This document shows positions 13,047 through 26,099 of a stretch of 64,000 nt of DNA, in pieces. The DNA lies in the NCBI GenBank assembly GCA_951406725.2, contig OX597823.1, positions 72,292,001 through 72,356,000 on the forward strand, in the 5' to 3' direction. The first letter of the stretch is position 1. Every line of letters begins with the position of its first letter. The notes under the pieces are model-generated. The model searched no databases. It had not been told where the DNA came from and saw only the letters and a program-made list of their open reading frames with translations. The position numbers were made by a program, and so were the translations under genes. This stretch comes from Octopus vulgaris (lineage: Eukaryota).

Positions 13047-15545
13047 CATACGTACATACATACATACATACATAATACATACAAACATACATTTATACAT
13101 ATATACATACATAGACATATAGGTCACAAAGGTGACAGAGGTTACTGACTGGCACCACTTTAGCTAAAAAATGTTAAAACTCAAACGCCAAAAAGCACTT
13201 TCGAATCGCGATCTCGGTTTTTGATATATACCATCTTAGTCCTCAAAAGCAACTCTTAACGCCGAGGGTTAAATTCAACTACCTTTGTCAGTCTTATAGA
13301 AATTTATGGTAAACAAATACTAAATCTTACAGAATTGTGAAAATCCAACCAACAACATTTCCCTTCATTTTGAATACCTTTTGTCCGATTCTAACGTGAA
13401 TATTTGATGACTCAATAAAAAACCCATCTGGATAGTTCTCAAAAACATTAGTATACGTGCAGGAGTGAAATCATTTATTTTATCAGACTCTCAGCTTTCA
13501 TACTCTTTTGCCATTTGTTCGTGCATGTGTGTGTACCTCTGTGTGTGTGTGTGTGTGTGTGTGAGTGTTCTATTACACCGGGATCACAGATGTGAAGTGT
13601 ACAAATCTTTTTGGCGTGTGGCCTAGTTACTTAGTTGCACACGCATTAGGATCGAAGCTAATGAATTTTACAACACCCACTCTCGGGCAATTGCCTTGTT
13701 CGTTAATCAGTTTTTAAATGCAAACGGCTGATTGCAATCTACACTTTTTAATGAAATAATATGCGTAACACGTTGGTGCACAGCAACTTTTTGCTAGAAT
13801 AAAGAAAAGCTTAGAAAATTGTAAATCAAAGAATTTGTATTTGTGAAAAAAGAAAGATCTACAATGAAAATATTCTGAATGTAAAAGGAAAGCCTCGCAA
13901 TACCGTGATAGTATCAGTCAAATCAAGTTGTATCAGAAAGAAATTAATACATCATAACATGTATGATATATGGATTATATTAATTCACATCCGATAATAT
14001 ATGTAGTAGGAACAGAAAAAGGCAGAATTGATTGTAGCAATACTAATTTTTAAGTATTCAATTATCTCCCCTTGCGTTCTCGAAATCACATCAAAGTTAA
14101 ATTTGCTTGTCATCTTTCTAGGTTGCTCTGGGTTTGAGTGAAGAAATAATTACAGGATCCTATGAGATTGATGTTCTCGTCAAATAAAAATATGCTTTCA
14201 TTTTGAATAAAGACACCAATACAAATATTTCAAATATATACTGTTCTTACTCTAAATATTAATAAAAGAAAAATAAATCAATGTCTTGCAGATCGAAATT
14301 AAAGCAGGATGAAAACCCAGTCGACAGAATCACTGTTAATTTAAAGCCATGAGGTTGCCTTTACAGAATAAGTGCAAATTTTTACACACTCCTAGATGCT
14401 GTTAAACGGTTCAAACAAACCCTTTTGGGGCGCAAGAAAGAGGTACAAAATAACAGGGAAGTGAAGTGGAATGAAAGAACAAAAAAGAATCAACGAAAGA
14501 GAGGAAGGCTAGAAACACAAGAAGGAAAAGTGGGTAGGAAAAAGGATAGAATTTAGGAGAATGAGACTAGAGAATGGAGGTCAGAGAAAGAATGATTTAG
14601 AGCATAATGCTGAGGACATGGTGATATTTACTATAGCACCCTTTGGATTCTTTGCTTTCACAATGGAGAAATTTCTGTTTCATGGTCTTTCAGCTACCAG
14701 ATATATTTTGACGACGAGGTCGAACATTGCTAATTCTTGCATCTATACAATACATGTGGTATGTAAATCGGGAGTTAAATGACATTCGAACTGGAAAAGT
14801 TTGCTGTGAGCACCAGCTCGCTTTCGCATTGTTGCTTCTAATCAACACTTATTAGTTTCTAAAGCTGCATTTTCACAAGAATGCAAGGATTTTTTTTTCT
14901 TCTTTATTGTTGTCAAGAATCTGGGATCCGTTGCTATTCAAGCAATTATAAGTTACATTCACAGCATTCCTCTTAATGTTTAAAGGATATCAGCAGAATG
15001 CGAGCAAGTGGAATTTTGACATGGTTCAGAGACTCTTGACTACATGGTAGATTGACTCATAAAAGTTTTCTGTTAAGTGTTGGATGTATTATATAAGCAA
15101 GTTTGCCGTTAAAGCTATAGTTATTGAATGTAGTATTTATTTAAATAATGTCAGTGATATAAAGTTTGTCTATCTTCGGTTTATGATATGGGTAGTTTTT
15201 ATCTACGTTAGGCCTCAAAATTATATCGAGATAATTCACTGGTTTCAAGTTCGTAGTTATTAGTATTTTAATGTTGAACTTTCACTAACATATTTAAGCT
15301 ATTCAAAATTAAAATACCAATAACTACAAAATTGAAACCAGTGAAATCAACCTTTCTTGACAAATCTAAATTAATGAAAGTTGTGCTAATGTGCCATTAC
15401 GTATATCTAGATCATTAATTTTACTTACCAGTTCTTCAATCAATCGTCTTATAAGAATACGTATGAACGTCAAATAATACAGTATATTCAATAGTCCTGG
15501 TTTAACGCTAAGATAGTTTATATAATATTCTACCCAACTACACTC

Positions 15546-15611
<66 letters not shown>

Positions 15612-15632
15612 GTGTGTGTGTGTGTGTGCATG

Positions 15633-15664
<32 letters not shown>

Positions 15665-17357
15665 CTTGTATTAAAAACCCACAGTTATACAACGGTTAAA
15701 ATTCTATCAGGGGATTTTCAGAATTGCTTATTACTTCTATTGGTATAATATGATTTGTAGTCTTGTTGTCCTACTATGGCCATTCCGATCATGTGAATAG
15801 AAAATATTTATAGTACAGTTATTCTAAATGTTATTTTAGATGGTAATCACGAGAGCGTAGATGTAACTTTATCGTTTGTTATCACTAGACTATAAATTTC
15901 AGGCTGTTGGCGTCACACATTTTTGGAGACATTAGGAAATACTTCTGTCTTGGGGTCTCCCATTACTTTGTTACTGATCGTGTTTTTGTTCCTTATCTGG
16001 TTATCGAGTTTTGCTTCATATTTTGCCCTCTGTATATTTTCCATGACTAACCTGTTTTGTATGTGTTTTTTAATGTATTTCCTGTTATCAACCAGTGTTT
16101 TAATAATCTGACTTGTTTTCTGTTGTGTGATATATTTGTCAATAATGTAGAGGAATTATAGTTTTTGCATTCACTGCGAGCGTTAGAATAATGATACTTG
16201 CATTGGTATTTGTACGTTCTATTCGCGCTTTGATTTTATTACACAATTACAATATTGTGGGTCCTTGTTTCTGTGAAGATTTTATGGCGTAAAGCATAAC
16301 TATGCGTTTAAAAGGTTCGCTTGGAAATTACGTAGGTCCATATTCCATCCCATAGCCCTTGAAATCAGCTAAGCGTAATATGCCACAGTTTAACGTGACC
16401 CAAGTTTATTGGGGAGATTGTGTAGTTAAAAGCTGGTACAAATGTGCGACAACTAATTTATCATTCGGGTACATACTATAAACTCTATATTGGGAAGCTT
16501 TAGCAAAATCCAGTCAGTTCCACCTGGAGAATATGGAATATCTGAAATTTCATGCTTCTCCTCCCTCCACTTTCTTCTTTTTATGAATAACTTAAGAAGA
16601 ACAAAGATGTGCATTCAGGTGATTAAGAGTTGGTGTACTGAAAGAATGGTATAATGAGTTCTAATGTTTTAAAATTTTGCTCTGAGGAAGACACGGTAAA
16701 CAAAACCCAGTAGTAATTGTTATAGATTCTTAAGAATGGGAGATAACTTCATGGAATAGAAAAAAAAATTCTTAATCGTAATTTGCACGCCAGGAAATTG
16801 ACAGTCGCCGTACTGTATACAGTACCCTACACTTTTAATAATTATTAAAATTCATGCCAGTAACCATCTTGTGGTAGTTTTAATTTATGCAAATTAAATG
16901 TAGCCAAAAGATATAACCAAAACATTTTCTATATGCAAAAATGGCAAGATGCTAACAACGTTTAATAAAACAAAATATATATACGTAATTTTTGCTTGAA
17001 GAATGCCTCAAAAATGCGAGGAAACTAGTCATGTGCGATTCTCATAATCTCTACGTGATGGAAAGAGAACTTATTTTAATGGATGTTCTAACAGTTTCAA
17101 ACGTAATCATCAGCTACACACAATTAAAGTCATGTACATGTGTTTGCGTGTGTAAGTATAAATTATCATAAAAATACATATAAGCTCATACATATAAGCT
17201 TTAGGACACTTTATGTTATTTACAATACATATAATTCTCAAGTAAATTCTGCTGCTAATCACAAGAATGACAATGGTTTCCTGATCACTTTCCTAGTAAT
17301 TCCATTTCAAATGTTTAACACATTGTTTAATCTACTCTATAAACATGTACATATATA

Positions 17358-17898
17358 TCAGGCTGAATAAAAAGTAAGCAGCGTTTTAAAACATGAAATT
17401 CATCACAATATTTTTGAACAATGCGGAAATTTTATTCATCAAGTAAGTACCATTACAACCAAAACATTTTTGCCAAAGAGTTATAAGTTTGTTTATTCCG
17501 GTAACATAAAAATATTGGCTCCTGAAGCTGATGAACTCTTTGAACATACTTTCAGCATCGCTTGGATTTTTGAACTCCCCTCTCGCAAGAAATCATCAAG
17601 GCGCTTGAAAAAGTGGTAGTCGGTGAGAGAAAGGTCTGGAGAATAAGTTTGGTGAAGAGTGATTGGCCCTCTTCTGTTGACCAGTCTAGGACGGAGAAAT
17701 GGCAGTTTTTGTTTTGTTAAGTTTGGCAATTTCCTAGCAATATGTTTCTGCAGTAATGGTTTTCCCCGCTTTTAGGTAGTTATAGTGGATGAGTAGTGCG
17801 GTGCACCATCAAATAGTCATCATAACCTTCTTTTTGAAGAGTTCGAGTTTAGAGAAGGTTTTCAGTGCTTCATTTTGTTCCAAACACTGCGAAGAACG

Positions 17899-17932
<34 letters not shown>

Positions 17933-18522
17933 GTAAAGAATCCAGTTTTCATTGCAAGTTACAATATGGTCGAGAACTGAATCGGTTTGGTTACGGAGAG
18001 GCAGCGAGGAACAAATTTCATATCTGCGCATTTTCTGATTTTCAAATCGTGTGGTACCCATTTGTCAAGGTCTTTTGATTTTTCTGATCGAATGCAAATA
18101 ATAGCAGTTATTTTTCTGGCTAACCTGAAGTTCTTTTGCCAGTTCTCGAGTGGCTTTAAGGGGATCTTTCTCAATGACGGTCTTTAATTGACCATCATCT
18201 ATGACCTATGGGCGTCCACTACGCTCACGATCTTCAAGGCTCAAATATCGACTACGAAATCGTTTAAACCATTTTCGAGTTGACCAGCAAGTTGAAGTTG
18301 AATAGCAAAATTGCTGGAATATCACGCTTTGACAGTTCCAATTCAGATGATAGTAACAACATTGAAAAAAATATCAATATTAATTTATTAATGCATTTAG
18401 GCAAATCTATGTGTGTTTTATCAGACAATTGCAAAAAACTGTTTTAACAAATTCAAAACTCTTCAAAAATCCGCTACAAATTCTTCATGGATCTAAACGG
18501 TGCTTACTTTTTACTCAACCTG

Positions 18523-18523
<1 letters not shown>
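17358..18523 (-). mobile_element. Decayed mariner DNA transposon (Hsmar1/cecropia-like)
   Basis: ~29 bp TIRs TCAGG(C/T)TGA(A/G)TAAAAAGTAAGCA(G/C)CGTTT with TA on both flanks. Transposase motifs WVPHDL, IVTCNENWILYNN, YSPDLSLTDYHFF and WQKCFGCNG. Confidence 0.92.
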
Positions 18524-18587
<64 letters not shown>

Positions 18588-18592
18588 CATAC

Positions 18593-18714
<122 letters not shown>

Positions 18715-18767
18715 GAAAAAACAAGTCAAAAATAGAAAATGCTAAGATAATTTTATAGTGAATCTTT

Positions 18768-18805
18768 CAGTACCGGTTTCGGTCATTTTGAGACCTTTTC
18801 AACTG
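18768..18805 (-). ncRNA. Minimal type I hammerhead ribozyme, U3-A8 variant (inverted copy)
   Basis: Exact reverse complement of 20613-20650. Confidence 0.8.
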
Positions 18806-18948
18806 TAACGATTAAATAATTAAATTTAGAAAAATTAGAAGGAAAGTTTTTTGAAAGAATATTTCTGTAGTAGTGTTCAGATATAAGTAGCATTCTGCCT
18901 TTCTATGACTCCCTTGTTTGCACTTGTGTGTTCGAGGTCGTTTTGAGT

Positions 18949-19971
18949 GTAATATTTCCAGGAAATTTTAAACGGACTGGACGTAAACATCCAATTCACG
19001 ATGGAATATAGCCAGCAACAACTCCCCTTCCTCGATATCCTCATTAAGAAAGCTAATAATATAATAGAAACAGACATATACTATAAGCCTACAGACTCTA
19101 AGCAATATCTTCCATTCAATTCATGCCACCCCAGACACAGCAGGATAAATATCCCCTTCAATCTAGCAAAAAGGATATGCACTATAGTCTCTAACGCAAA
19201 CACCAGAGACACACGACTACAAGAACTAAAAGATACCCTTATCACCAGGAACTATCCACCTTCACTTATTGACAAGTGCATTCAACGTGCCCTTCAACTT
19301 AACATCAAGGAACTGAGACATCCCAAATCAAAGAAAAACTTACAACCAAAAGCCTTACCATACATCTCCACACACAACCCTCTCAATAACGAAGCCTTCG
19401 ACACCATCCTCCACAACATACCCCTCCTAAAAAAGACCACAGAATGAACACAATCCTCCAAACACACACGATCATAAAAAGTAAAAGACAGCCTAGATCC
19501 ATGAAAAGTCTCCTAACACAAGCCCGAATTCACTCTTCAACACAGAAGCCGACAGTAAAAAAATGTGGAAGACCCAATTGCGGGATATGCGACTATCTAA
19601 TTGAGGGATCAGAGTTCTCCTTCAAACAGGGACAACGGTTTACAGTGAAAAGCAACTTCACATGTGCTTCGGAGAACCTAATATACTCACTAACCTGCTC
19701 CGGGTGTCAAGAGCAGTACATAGGCCAAACAAAAATTGGTTTGCGTAAACGAATGGCCCTGCACAAATCCCAGATAAAAATTCCCCAAAACAGAAAAATA
19801 GCTTTTAGCCAACACATAGATACTTGCGCCAACAAAAAAACACCAAACTTTAGGATTTTCCCCCTCTACCAATTTAGGGACGATACAACCTCGAGACAAC
19901 GAATAAGTAAAGAAAATCTCTTTATTACAAAATACAAGCCACTTCTTAACGGGTCTACGACAAACAATTAA
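18949..19971 (+). pseudogene. PLE RT C-terminus/thumb and GIY-YIG endonuclease, one frameshift near 19430-19444
   Basis: IQFTME, LPFLD, YYKPTDSKQYL..SCHPRH, KCGRPNCGIC, NLIYSLTCSGC..YIGQT..LRKRM..H, and E..FITKYKPLLN. Confidence 0.92.
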
Positions 19972-20612
19972 TATACCTCAACTTTAGAATAAAAGAAATA
20001 TATACACACACAAATATTACACTCCATAGAATCCATTACTAATCAGCCCCATCACAGCTATACTTTCACCCATTCATATCCTCCCTTCTCTGTTTTTTTC
20101 TTCTTCTTCTTCCTCTTCTTCTTCATCATCATCATTATCATCATCATCGTCGTCATCATCATCACCACCATCATCACCACCATCTTCTCCTTCTCCTTCT
20201 TCTTCTTCTTCTTCTTCTTCTTCTTCTTCATCATCATCATCATCATCAACATCGTCATCTTCTGCTTCTACTTCTCCACCTTCCACCCCTTAACCTTGTC
20301 ACTAATGTCTTTCAGTATAACGCCTACGCAAATTCCATAAACAATTCCTGAATTGAACTGCGACTACTGTCAGCCACTGACCATTCAAAATACGACCATT
20401 AAGGCACTCCCAGATTTCCCCACCCCCTCTCCACATCAGCCTCCTTATTCTTCACCTATCCTACCAAGAACTCAAAACGACCTCGAACACACAAGTGCAA
20501 ACAAGGGAGTCAGAGAAAGGCAGAATGCTACTCATATCTGAACACTACTACAGAAATACTCTTTTAAAAAACTTTTCTTCTAATTTTTCTAAATTTAATT
20601 ATTTAATCGTTA

Positions 20613-20650
20613 CAGTTGAAAAGGTCTCAAAATGACCGAAACCGGTACTG
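20613..20650 (+). ncRNA. Minimal type I hammerhead ribozyme, U3-A8 variant
   Basis: CAG-TTGAAAA-GGTC tcaaaat GACC-GAAA-CCGG-TA-CTG, with palindromic stem III and a GUA site, located within the pLTR. Confidence 0.82.
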
Positions 20651-20737
20651 AAAGATTCACTATAAAATTATCTTAGCATTTTCTATTTTTGACTTGTTTT
20701 TTCATATATATCAACTCGTGTGTTCCTTTCCACCCTT

Positions 20738-20802
<65 letters not shown>

Positions 20803-20805
<3 letters not shown>

Positions 20806-20974
20806 GGAGCTTCTACAGGACTAGAACTGTTTCATTCAAGAGAAATCATCAGGAAGCTCTTGAATGAAACAGTTCTAGTCCTGTAGAAGCTCCTTCTATA
20901 TAATAAATTAATTTTACTCTGCTATGTATTGAGTACCTTATTTACTGTGGTTAACCCCGAATCAACCCGGGACC
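20803..20974. mobile_element. Mini fold-back element in (TA)n carrying a hammerhead
   Basis: Perfect 40 bp arms at 20803-20842 and 20857-20896, a 14 nt loop, and a one-sided tail to 20974. Confidence 0.85.
20807..20859 (-). ncRNA. Type I hammerhead ribozyme
   Basis: GAGCTTC-CTGATGA-tTTC tctt GAAt-GAAA-CAG ttctagtc CTG-TA-GAAGCTC, with a 7 bp stem I and a GUA site. Confidence 0.85.
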
Positions 20975-21212
20975 TATATATATATATATATATATACATA
21001 TATATGTGTGTGTGTGTAATAATTTTGAAGGATTCTTCTAAGCATAAATTGCATTTCTTCTTATTAATTTTATAAGCCGTTGCAGAAGCAATATTATCCC
21101 ATTTAATTTAAAATTCAATGTTATTATCCTTCAGTCCCCATAAAAATTTGCTTAATTCAGGCACATGGATACATATCTATATGTGTGTGTTTGTATGTGC
21201 GTGCGCGCGTGC

Positions 21213-21258
<46 letters not shown>

Positions 21259-21379
21259 GTGATCCTTTCAACATGTGATCCTTTCAACATGTGATCCTTT
21301 CAACATGTGATCTCTTAAGCACCACCAGCTCAAATATTTTCTCCTCTGTCTTCCCTCCTTGGGACCTTTCCTTCTCCTT

Positions 21380-21414
21380 GTTTCCGACGAAGAGCTCCGC
21401 TCGAAACGTTAAAC
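21380..21414 (+). ncRNA. Minimal hammerhead-like motif (U4C core variant) in a pLTR-like fragment at 21256-21530
   Basis: GTTT-CCGACGA-a-GAGC tcc GCTC-GAAA-CG-TT-AAAC. Confidence 0.65.
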
Positions 21415-21525
21415 CCCCCTTCCCTTCTTTCCTGAGCGTCAATAATACTTTAATTGTTCCACGTCCTGCGTTGCTGTGTTTTTTTCCCTTTTTTTCTCTT
21501 TTTTTCTGTGTTTTCTTGTTTGGAT

Positions 21526-21563
<38 letters not shown>

Positions 21564-22069
21564 TATAGATAGATAGATAGATATATACGTACATGCACTC
21601 ATATAAATTTTATGATTTTATTCATAATTTATAAATGAACATTTCATTCTTTTATTAGCTATAAAGTTATGTTATTTATATGTAACTTCCTTCTACCATC
21701 TCTATTTATTGTTCTGTTATTTCTGTTATTCACCTATTCTGCTTTATCTTTAATCAACATGTAGCCGCCTCGCCTGAGCATATAACAATATAAATCATAA
21801 ACCGTAACTATCCGTCTGCTAAAATGTATTCACAAGCACACATATAACATCCAAAGGTACATCTTTCTACCTCTGATAAAATTATACTCATGTCACATGA
21901 ATGTATACTTAATGTTTATTGAGTATCAATTGAAACAGCTGTAGGTGAAGATGACCAATTTGCTGTTAATAATAAAAGAATTTCTAACTTCCTAATCTCC
22001 ATTTCTTCTTCTTCTTCTTCTTCTTCTTCTTCTTCTTCTTCTTCTTCTTCTTCTTCTTCTTCTTCTTCT

Positions 22070-22255
22070 ATTCCGTGTCTGTGACACGTAAAAGCACCAA
22101 CCGATCGTGGCCGGGCGTTTGCCAGCCTCCTCCGGCCTCTGTGCCGGTGGCACGTAAAGAGCAACCGCTACACTCACGGAGTGCTTGGCGTTAGGAAGGG
22201 CATCCAGCTGTAGAAACACTGCCAGATCAGACTGGAGCCTGGTGCAGCCTCCTGC
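22070..22255 (+). mobile_element. Fragment of a cephalopod-type SINE (Ceph-domain-like) after (TTC)n
   Basis: Repeated CACGTAAA..GCA motifs and TTGGCGTTAGGAAGGGCATCCAGCTGTAGAAAC. Confidence 0.6.
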
Positions 22256-22717
22256 ATGTGTGTATTTACATATAACATGTGTAAAGTAGACTTGAATTTT
22301 CATTTTAGTCTGAAAGAGCAGTATTTACTGACACAAATTTCAAGAATATTTGTAGGAATGAGATAACGAAGATTAAGTTAACAGAATAGTGGTAGCTTTA
22401 AGCGATGTGACACTTCCTGAAGCGTTTATTAATGAAAATTGTAACTACACGCAGACAACGTGGAAATATCGAGATAATTGCTTCAACTGAGTAAAAAAAA
22501 AAAAGATAAAAGAAAACATGGAAAAGAAATGGGAACAAAAATCAACTGAAATATACGAAAACAAAAAAAATACATGATGGAAAGTAATCAGAAAAACAAA
22601 TAGGTAAATAAACTTGAAATAATTTCATTTTTCCGTTTCGCTGGAGGGTTTTGAAGACCGAGAAAGATTATAAATGTTGCTCCAAGGTTCGTATCTTTAG
22701 AACTACCACGAAGATTC

Positions 22718-22807
<90 letters not shown>

Positions 22808-23738
22808 CATGTATGTATGTATGTATGTATGTATGTATGTATGTATGTATGTATGTATGTATGTATGCATGCATGTATGTATTTATGTATGTATGTATTT
22901 ATGTATGTATGTATGTATGTATGTATGTATGTATGTATGTGTGTGTGAGTGTAAAATACACACTCACATATGTTTAAATTTGTAATGTTTGGATTCGTAG
23001 AATCGTGTGACTATCACAGAAAGCTCTTCCAGCGGTCTCGGCTAACAGGCTACCTAGTAATCCAATGCAGAGAAATATAAGACAGAATTCCATGCTGCTG
23101 AATTCCTGGAGATTCGAACGACGTAATTATTTTGCGAGCTGTATATAAACCATAAGTCAGAAGTTATGAGAGATAAATATATTTATTTAACTGCATGACA
23201 TCCTTAGGATTACGGCTCTTTAGCTGACATCGTGAAATAATACTAAATTATGTTTACATGTCAGTATTAATATCCTTGCTACGCAGTGCACAATACAATA
23301 TAATGGAAGCTAGCGCAACATATCACCAGGACATTATGGATACATTAACGATTCATTTCTAGGCATACATATCAAATTTTCTCTTTATATTTACACAATC
23401 TACAGAAGACCAAGTCTAGATAAAGTTTGCATTGTATGGTCTGTAACATATTGTTTTATATCAATTAGGTTGCTAGATCTAAGTTCAGGGAATTAACCAT
23501 CCTTAATGTTAACAACAAACAAGAAGGGATAAAATAATGAAGTAAAGAAGTTACAGTACATATGAAAAAATAAATTATTCTAAAAATGATGTAAAAGTAT
23601 ATATAAAAAAAATCTACTTTTCTAGGATTAATATAGTAGAATTACACATTCAAACTCACACAGTTGTACTCATTAATATACATATAAATCAAACAGTGAC
23701 AAACGTTTGCTCTCACAAAAACATATATATGTAAATGT

Positions 23739-24110
23739 AGGCCCAGGCGTGGCTGTGTGGTAAGAAGCTTGCTTCCCAACCACATGCTTCCGGGTTCATT
23801 CCCACGTAGCACCTTGGGCAAGTGTATTCTACTATAGCCTCGGGCTGTATATATATGTATGTGTGTATATGTGGGTGGGTGTGTGTGTTTGTATGTGTAT
23901 TCGTGTGCGTTTGTCTATGTTTAACTCCCCGCCGTCGCTTGACAACAAATGCTGTTGCTTTTATATCCTCGTAACTAAGCAGTTCGGCAAAAGAGAGCGA
24001 TATAATAAGTACTAGGCTAACAAAGAATAAACCCTGGGGTCGATTTCGTCGACTAATACCATTTAAGGCGGTTCTCCAGCATGGCCGCAGCCAAATGACG
24101 GAAAAAGTAA
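23739..24110 (+). mobile_element. CORE-type tRNA SINE
   Basis: GGCGTGGCTGTGTGGTAAGAAGCTTGC...GGTTCATTCCC...CCTTGGGCAAGTGT, with the same tail as 29546-29965. Confidence 0.85.
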
Positions 24111-24394
24111 AAAAAATAACAAAAGAATAAAATAATACACATAGTAAGTATAAACAGACTCACACATATAAATACATACAAAAACGCGTAGGTACATATA
24201 TATGCCTATAGATATGTATATTCACAGGCACACATGAACATGGGAGTATATACACAGACACACACACCTATAAACATAATAAATCCTAATGCCAATACAT
24301 ACCCATACAAGTACGTTCAATTGCAGACACACATCACACGTACATACAAAGAAGCATACGCACATATATAATACATATATATATACAGATATAC

Positions 24395-24589
24395 ATAATT
24401 TCTTTGTAGACAACCTGAAGATTTATGCTAAAAGTGTTAACAAAGCCAAAAAAAAAACCCCCAAAAAAACCAACTGGAATTGAAAACATTTTCAGCTGAT
24501 ATAGGCATGGAATTTGGCCAAAAGAAATGTTCATATTTGGCTATAGATCGAGGAAAGTCAGTCCCTCAAATCCAAGACCTGAGCGTCAG

Positions 24590-24633
<44 letters not shown>

Positions 24634-25700
24634 ATCCCACATAAAGAATGCTACAAGTACCTAGGCATAGACGAAAATATATCATATGAAGGCACTGTGA
24701 ATAAAGATAGGGTGAACGGAGAATATTGCACCAGACTTAGGAAAATATGGTAGTCGGAACTCTCCTCTTACAACAAAACAATATCCCACAGTGCATTTTC
24801 AGTACAAGTGCTGATCTCAACATTTCGGATACTTGATTGATCTGTAAGGGAAATTCACTCCATAGATATCAAAACCGGCAAAATCCTGACAACTGAGAGC
24901 TTCCACAAAAACAGTGATGTTGACAGGCTCTACCTAAGAAGAAATGAAGGTGGTAGAGACCTGAGGTCAATACAGATGGCCTTCGAATGCCGTATGCTAT
25001 CACTCAGGCAGCACCTGCTAAACAACAGCAGCAAAAATAAATATATTAATGCAGTCTTGAAAAGGGAAGTAAGTAACGTTGTACGAGTTGGCAGTGAACT
25101 CCCCAAGAAACTCTCTTCCTTATGATTTCCTATACAGCCCCAAAACAACTGGGCTCTCTTACCTCAGAGAAGACCTGAATGGAAAGCACTCAGCATACAA
25201 AAACAAAAATAAGATAATAAATAAATAACCATGCATGCGTATGTTGGTCGGGCGCTTGAAGAAGACAGTAGAATTGACACGAAGAGCAGCATCTCTTGGA
25301 CACAAGACCACTACATCACATCACTCTTTGAAGTCTATGCGTTTGCAATCCAGGAACAGAAGATTGCTACAAAGTAGCTCTTGTAATCCCAATGTGCAAC
25401 TGCATTTGTAGGCTATGTCATGTTTCTGTGGAAGACATTATGCATGTGATTAGCAACTGTCCTAAAATATCGGCAAGGTACTACCCCCCTATGCGGCACG
25501 ATGTTGTTGCTAATACAATCTATAATGCCATCCGCATAAAAGACTGTCCTGAAATAAACTTTAAAAATTCCTCTGTTATGGAATATATTCATCAACACCG
25601 ACTCAAGTAATACTGGTGGAATATTCCCATCAAAACTTCTGTCAAATGTAAGCATGACAGGTCGGTTATTGTTGTTTGGATATGGTAGAAATGAGATGCA
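24395..25700 (+). mobile_element. Decayed R4-like RLE retrotransposon (RT to RLE)
   Basis: HNFFVDNLKIYAK, FSADIGMEFG..KC, YKYLGIDE, RLYLRRNEGGR, CRLC..HVISNC, RHD and YWWNIPIKT. Confidence 0.85.
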
Positions 25701-26046
25701 ACGTCACTATATTGGCCTTTGCCTTTCCCTTGGGTAACATCGGTTTCGTGGAGAAGTAAGTTTGCTATACATAGGCGACTGCTGATCTTTTTAAAACAAA
25801 CTTGCCCGGTCTTGTGCCTCGGATGGGAACTTTCTAGGTGTAATTCCATGGTATATATATACATATATATATACCGCAGCGGGAAATGCTTTACCAAAAA
25901 GGAAAACTATAATTGTCAACTAAATATGACGAGAGTGTTACATCTTAGAATTAAGAGCTAAAACGCTCAAATGTTGTAGACAAAGCGCATAATTGTGTAC
26001 ATATATACTGACAGACTTCAATTGCCCGAAAACGCCGATCGAGAAT

Positions 26047-26099
26047 TCCCTATGCTGACCGGTCACTTTCGGCAATTTCCGCTGCCTCATCAGTAAGGA
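26047..26099 (-). ncRNA. Degenerate hammerhead inside an old fold-back (25965-26162)
   Basis: TCCTTA-CTGATGA-GGCA gcggaaat TGCC-GAAA-GTGACCGGTCA..-TAGGGA. Stem III is palindromic but the cleavage triplet is damaged. Confidence 0.6.

Noticed and set aside
15690-16260. Possible PLE GIY-YIG relic on the minus strand
   Set aside because: Only scattered Cys/Tyr motifs, too decayed to support a call.
21256-21312. CRISPR-like repeat
   Set aside because: The repeats are directly adjacent with no spacers, the context is eukaryotic, and there are no cas genes.
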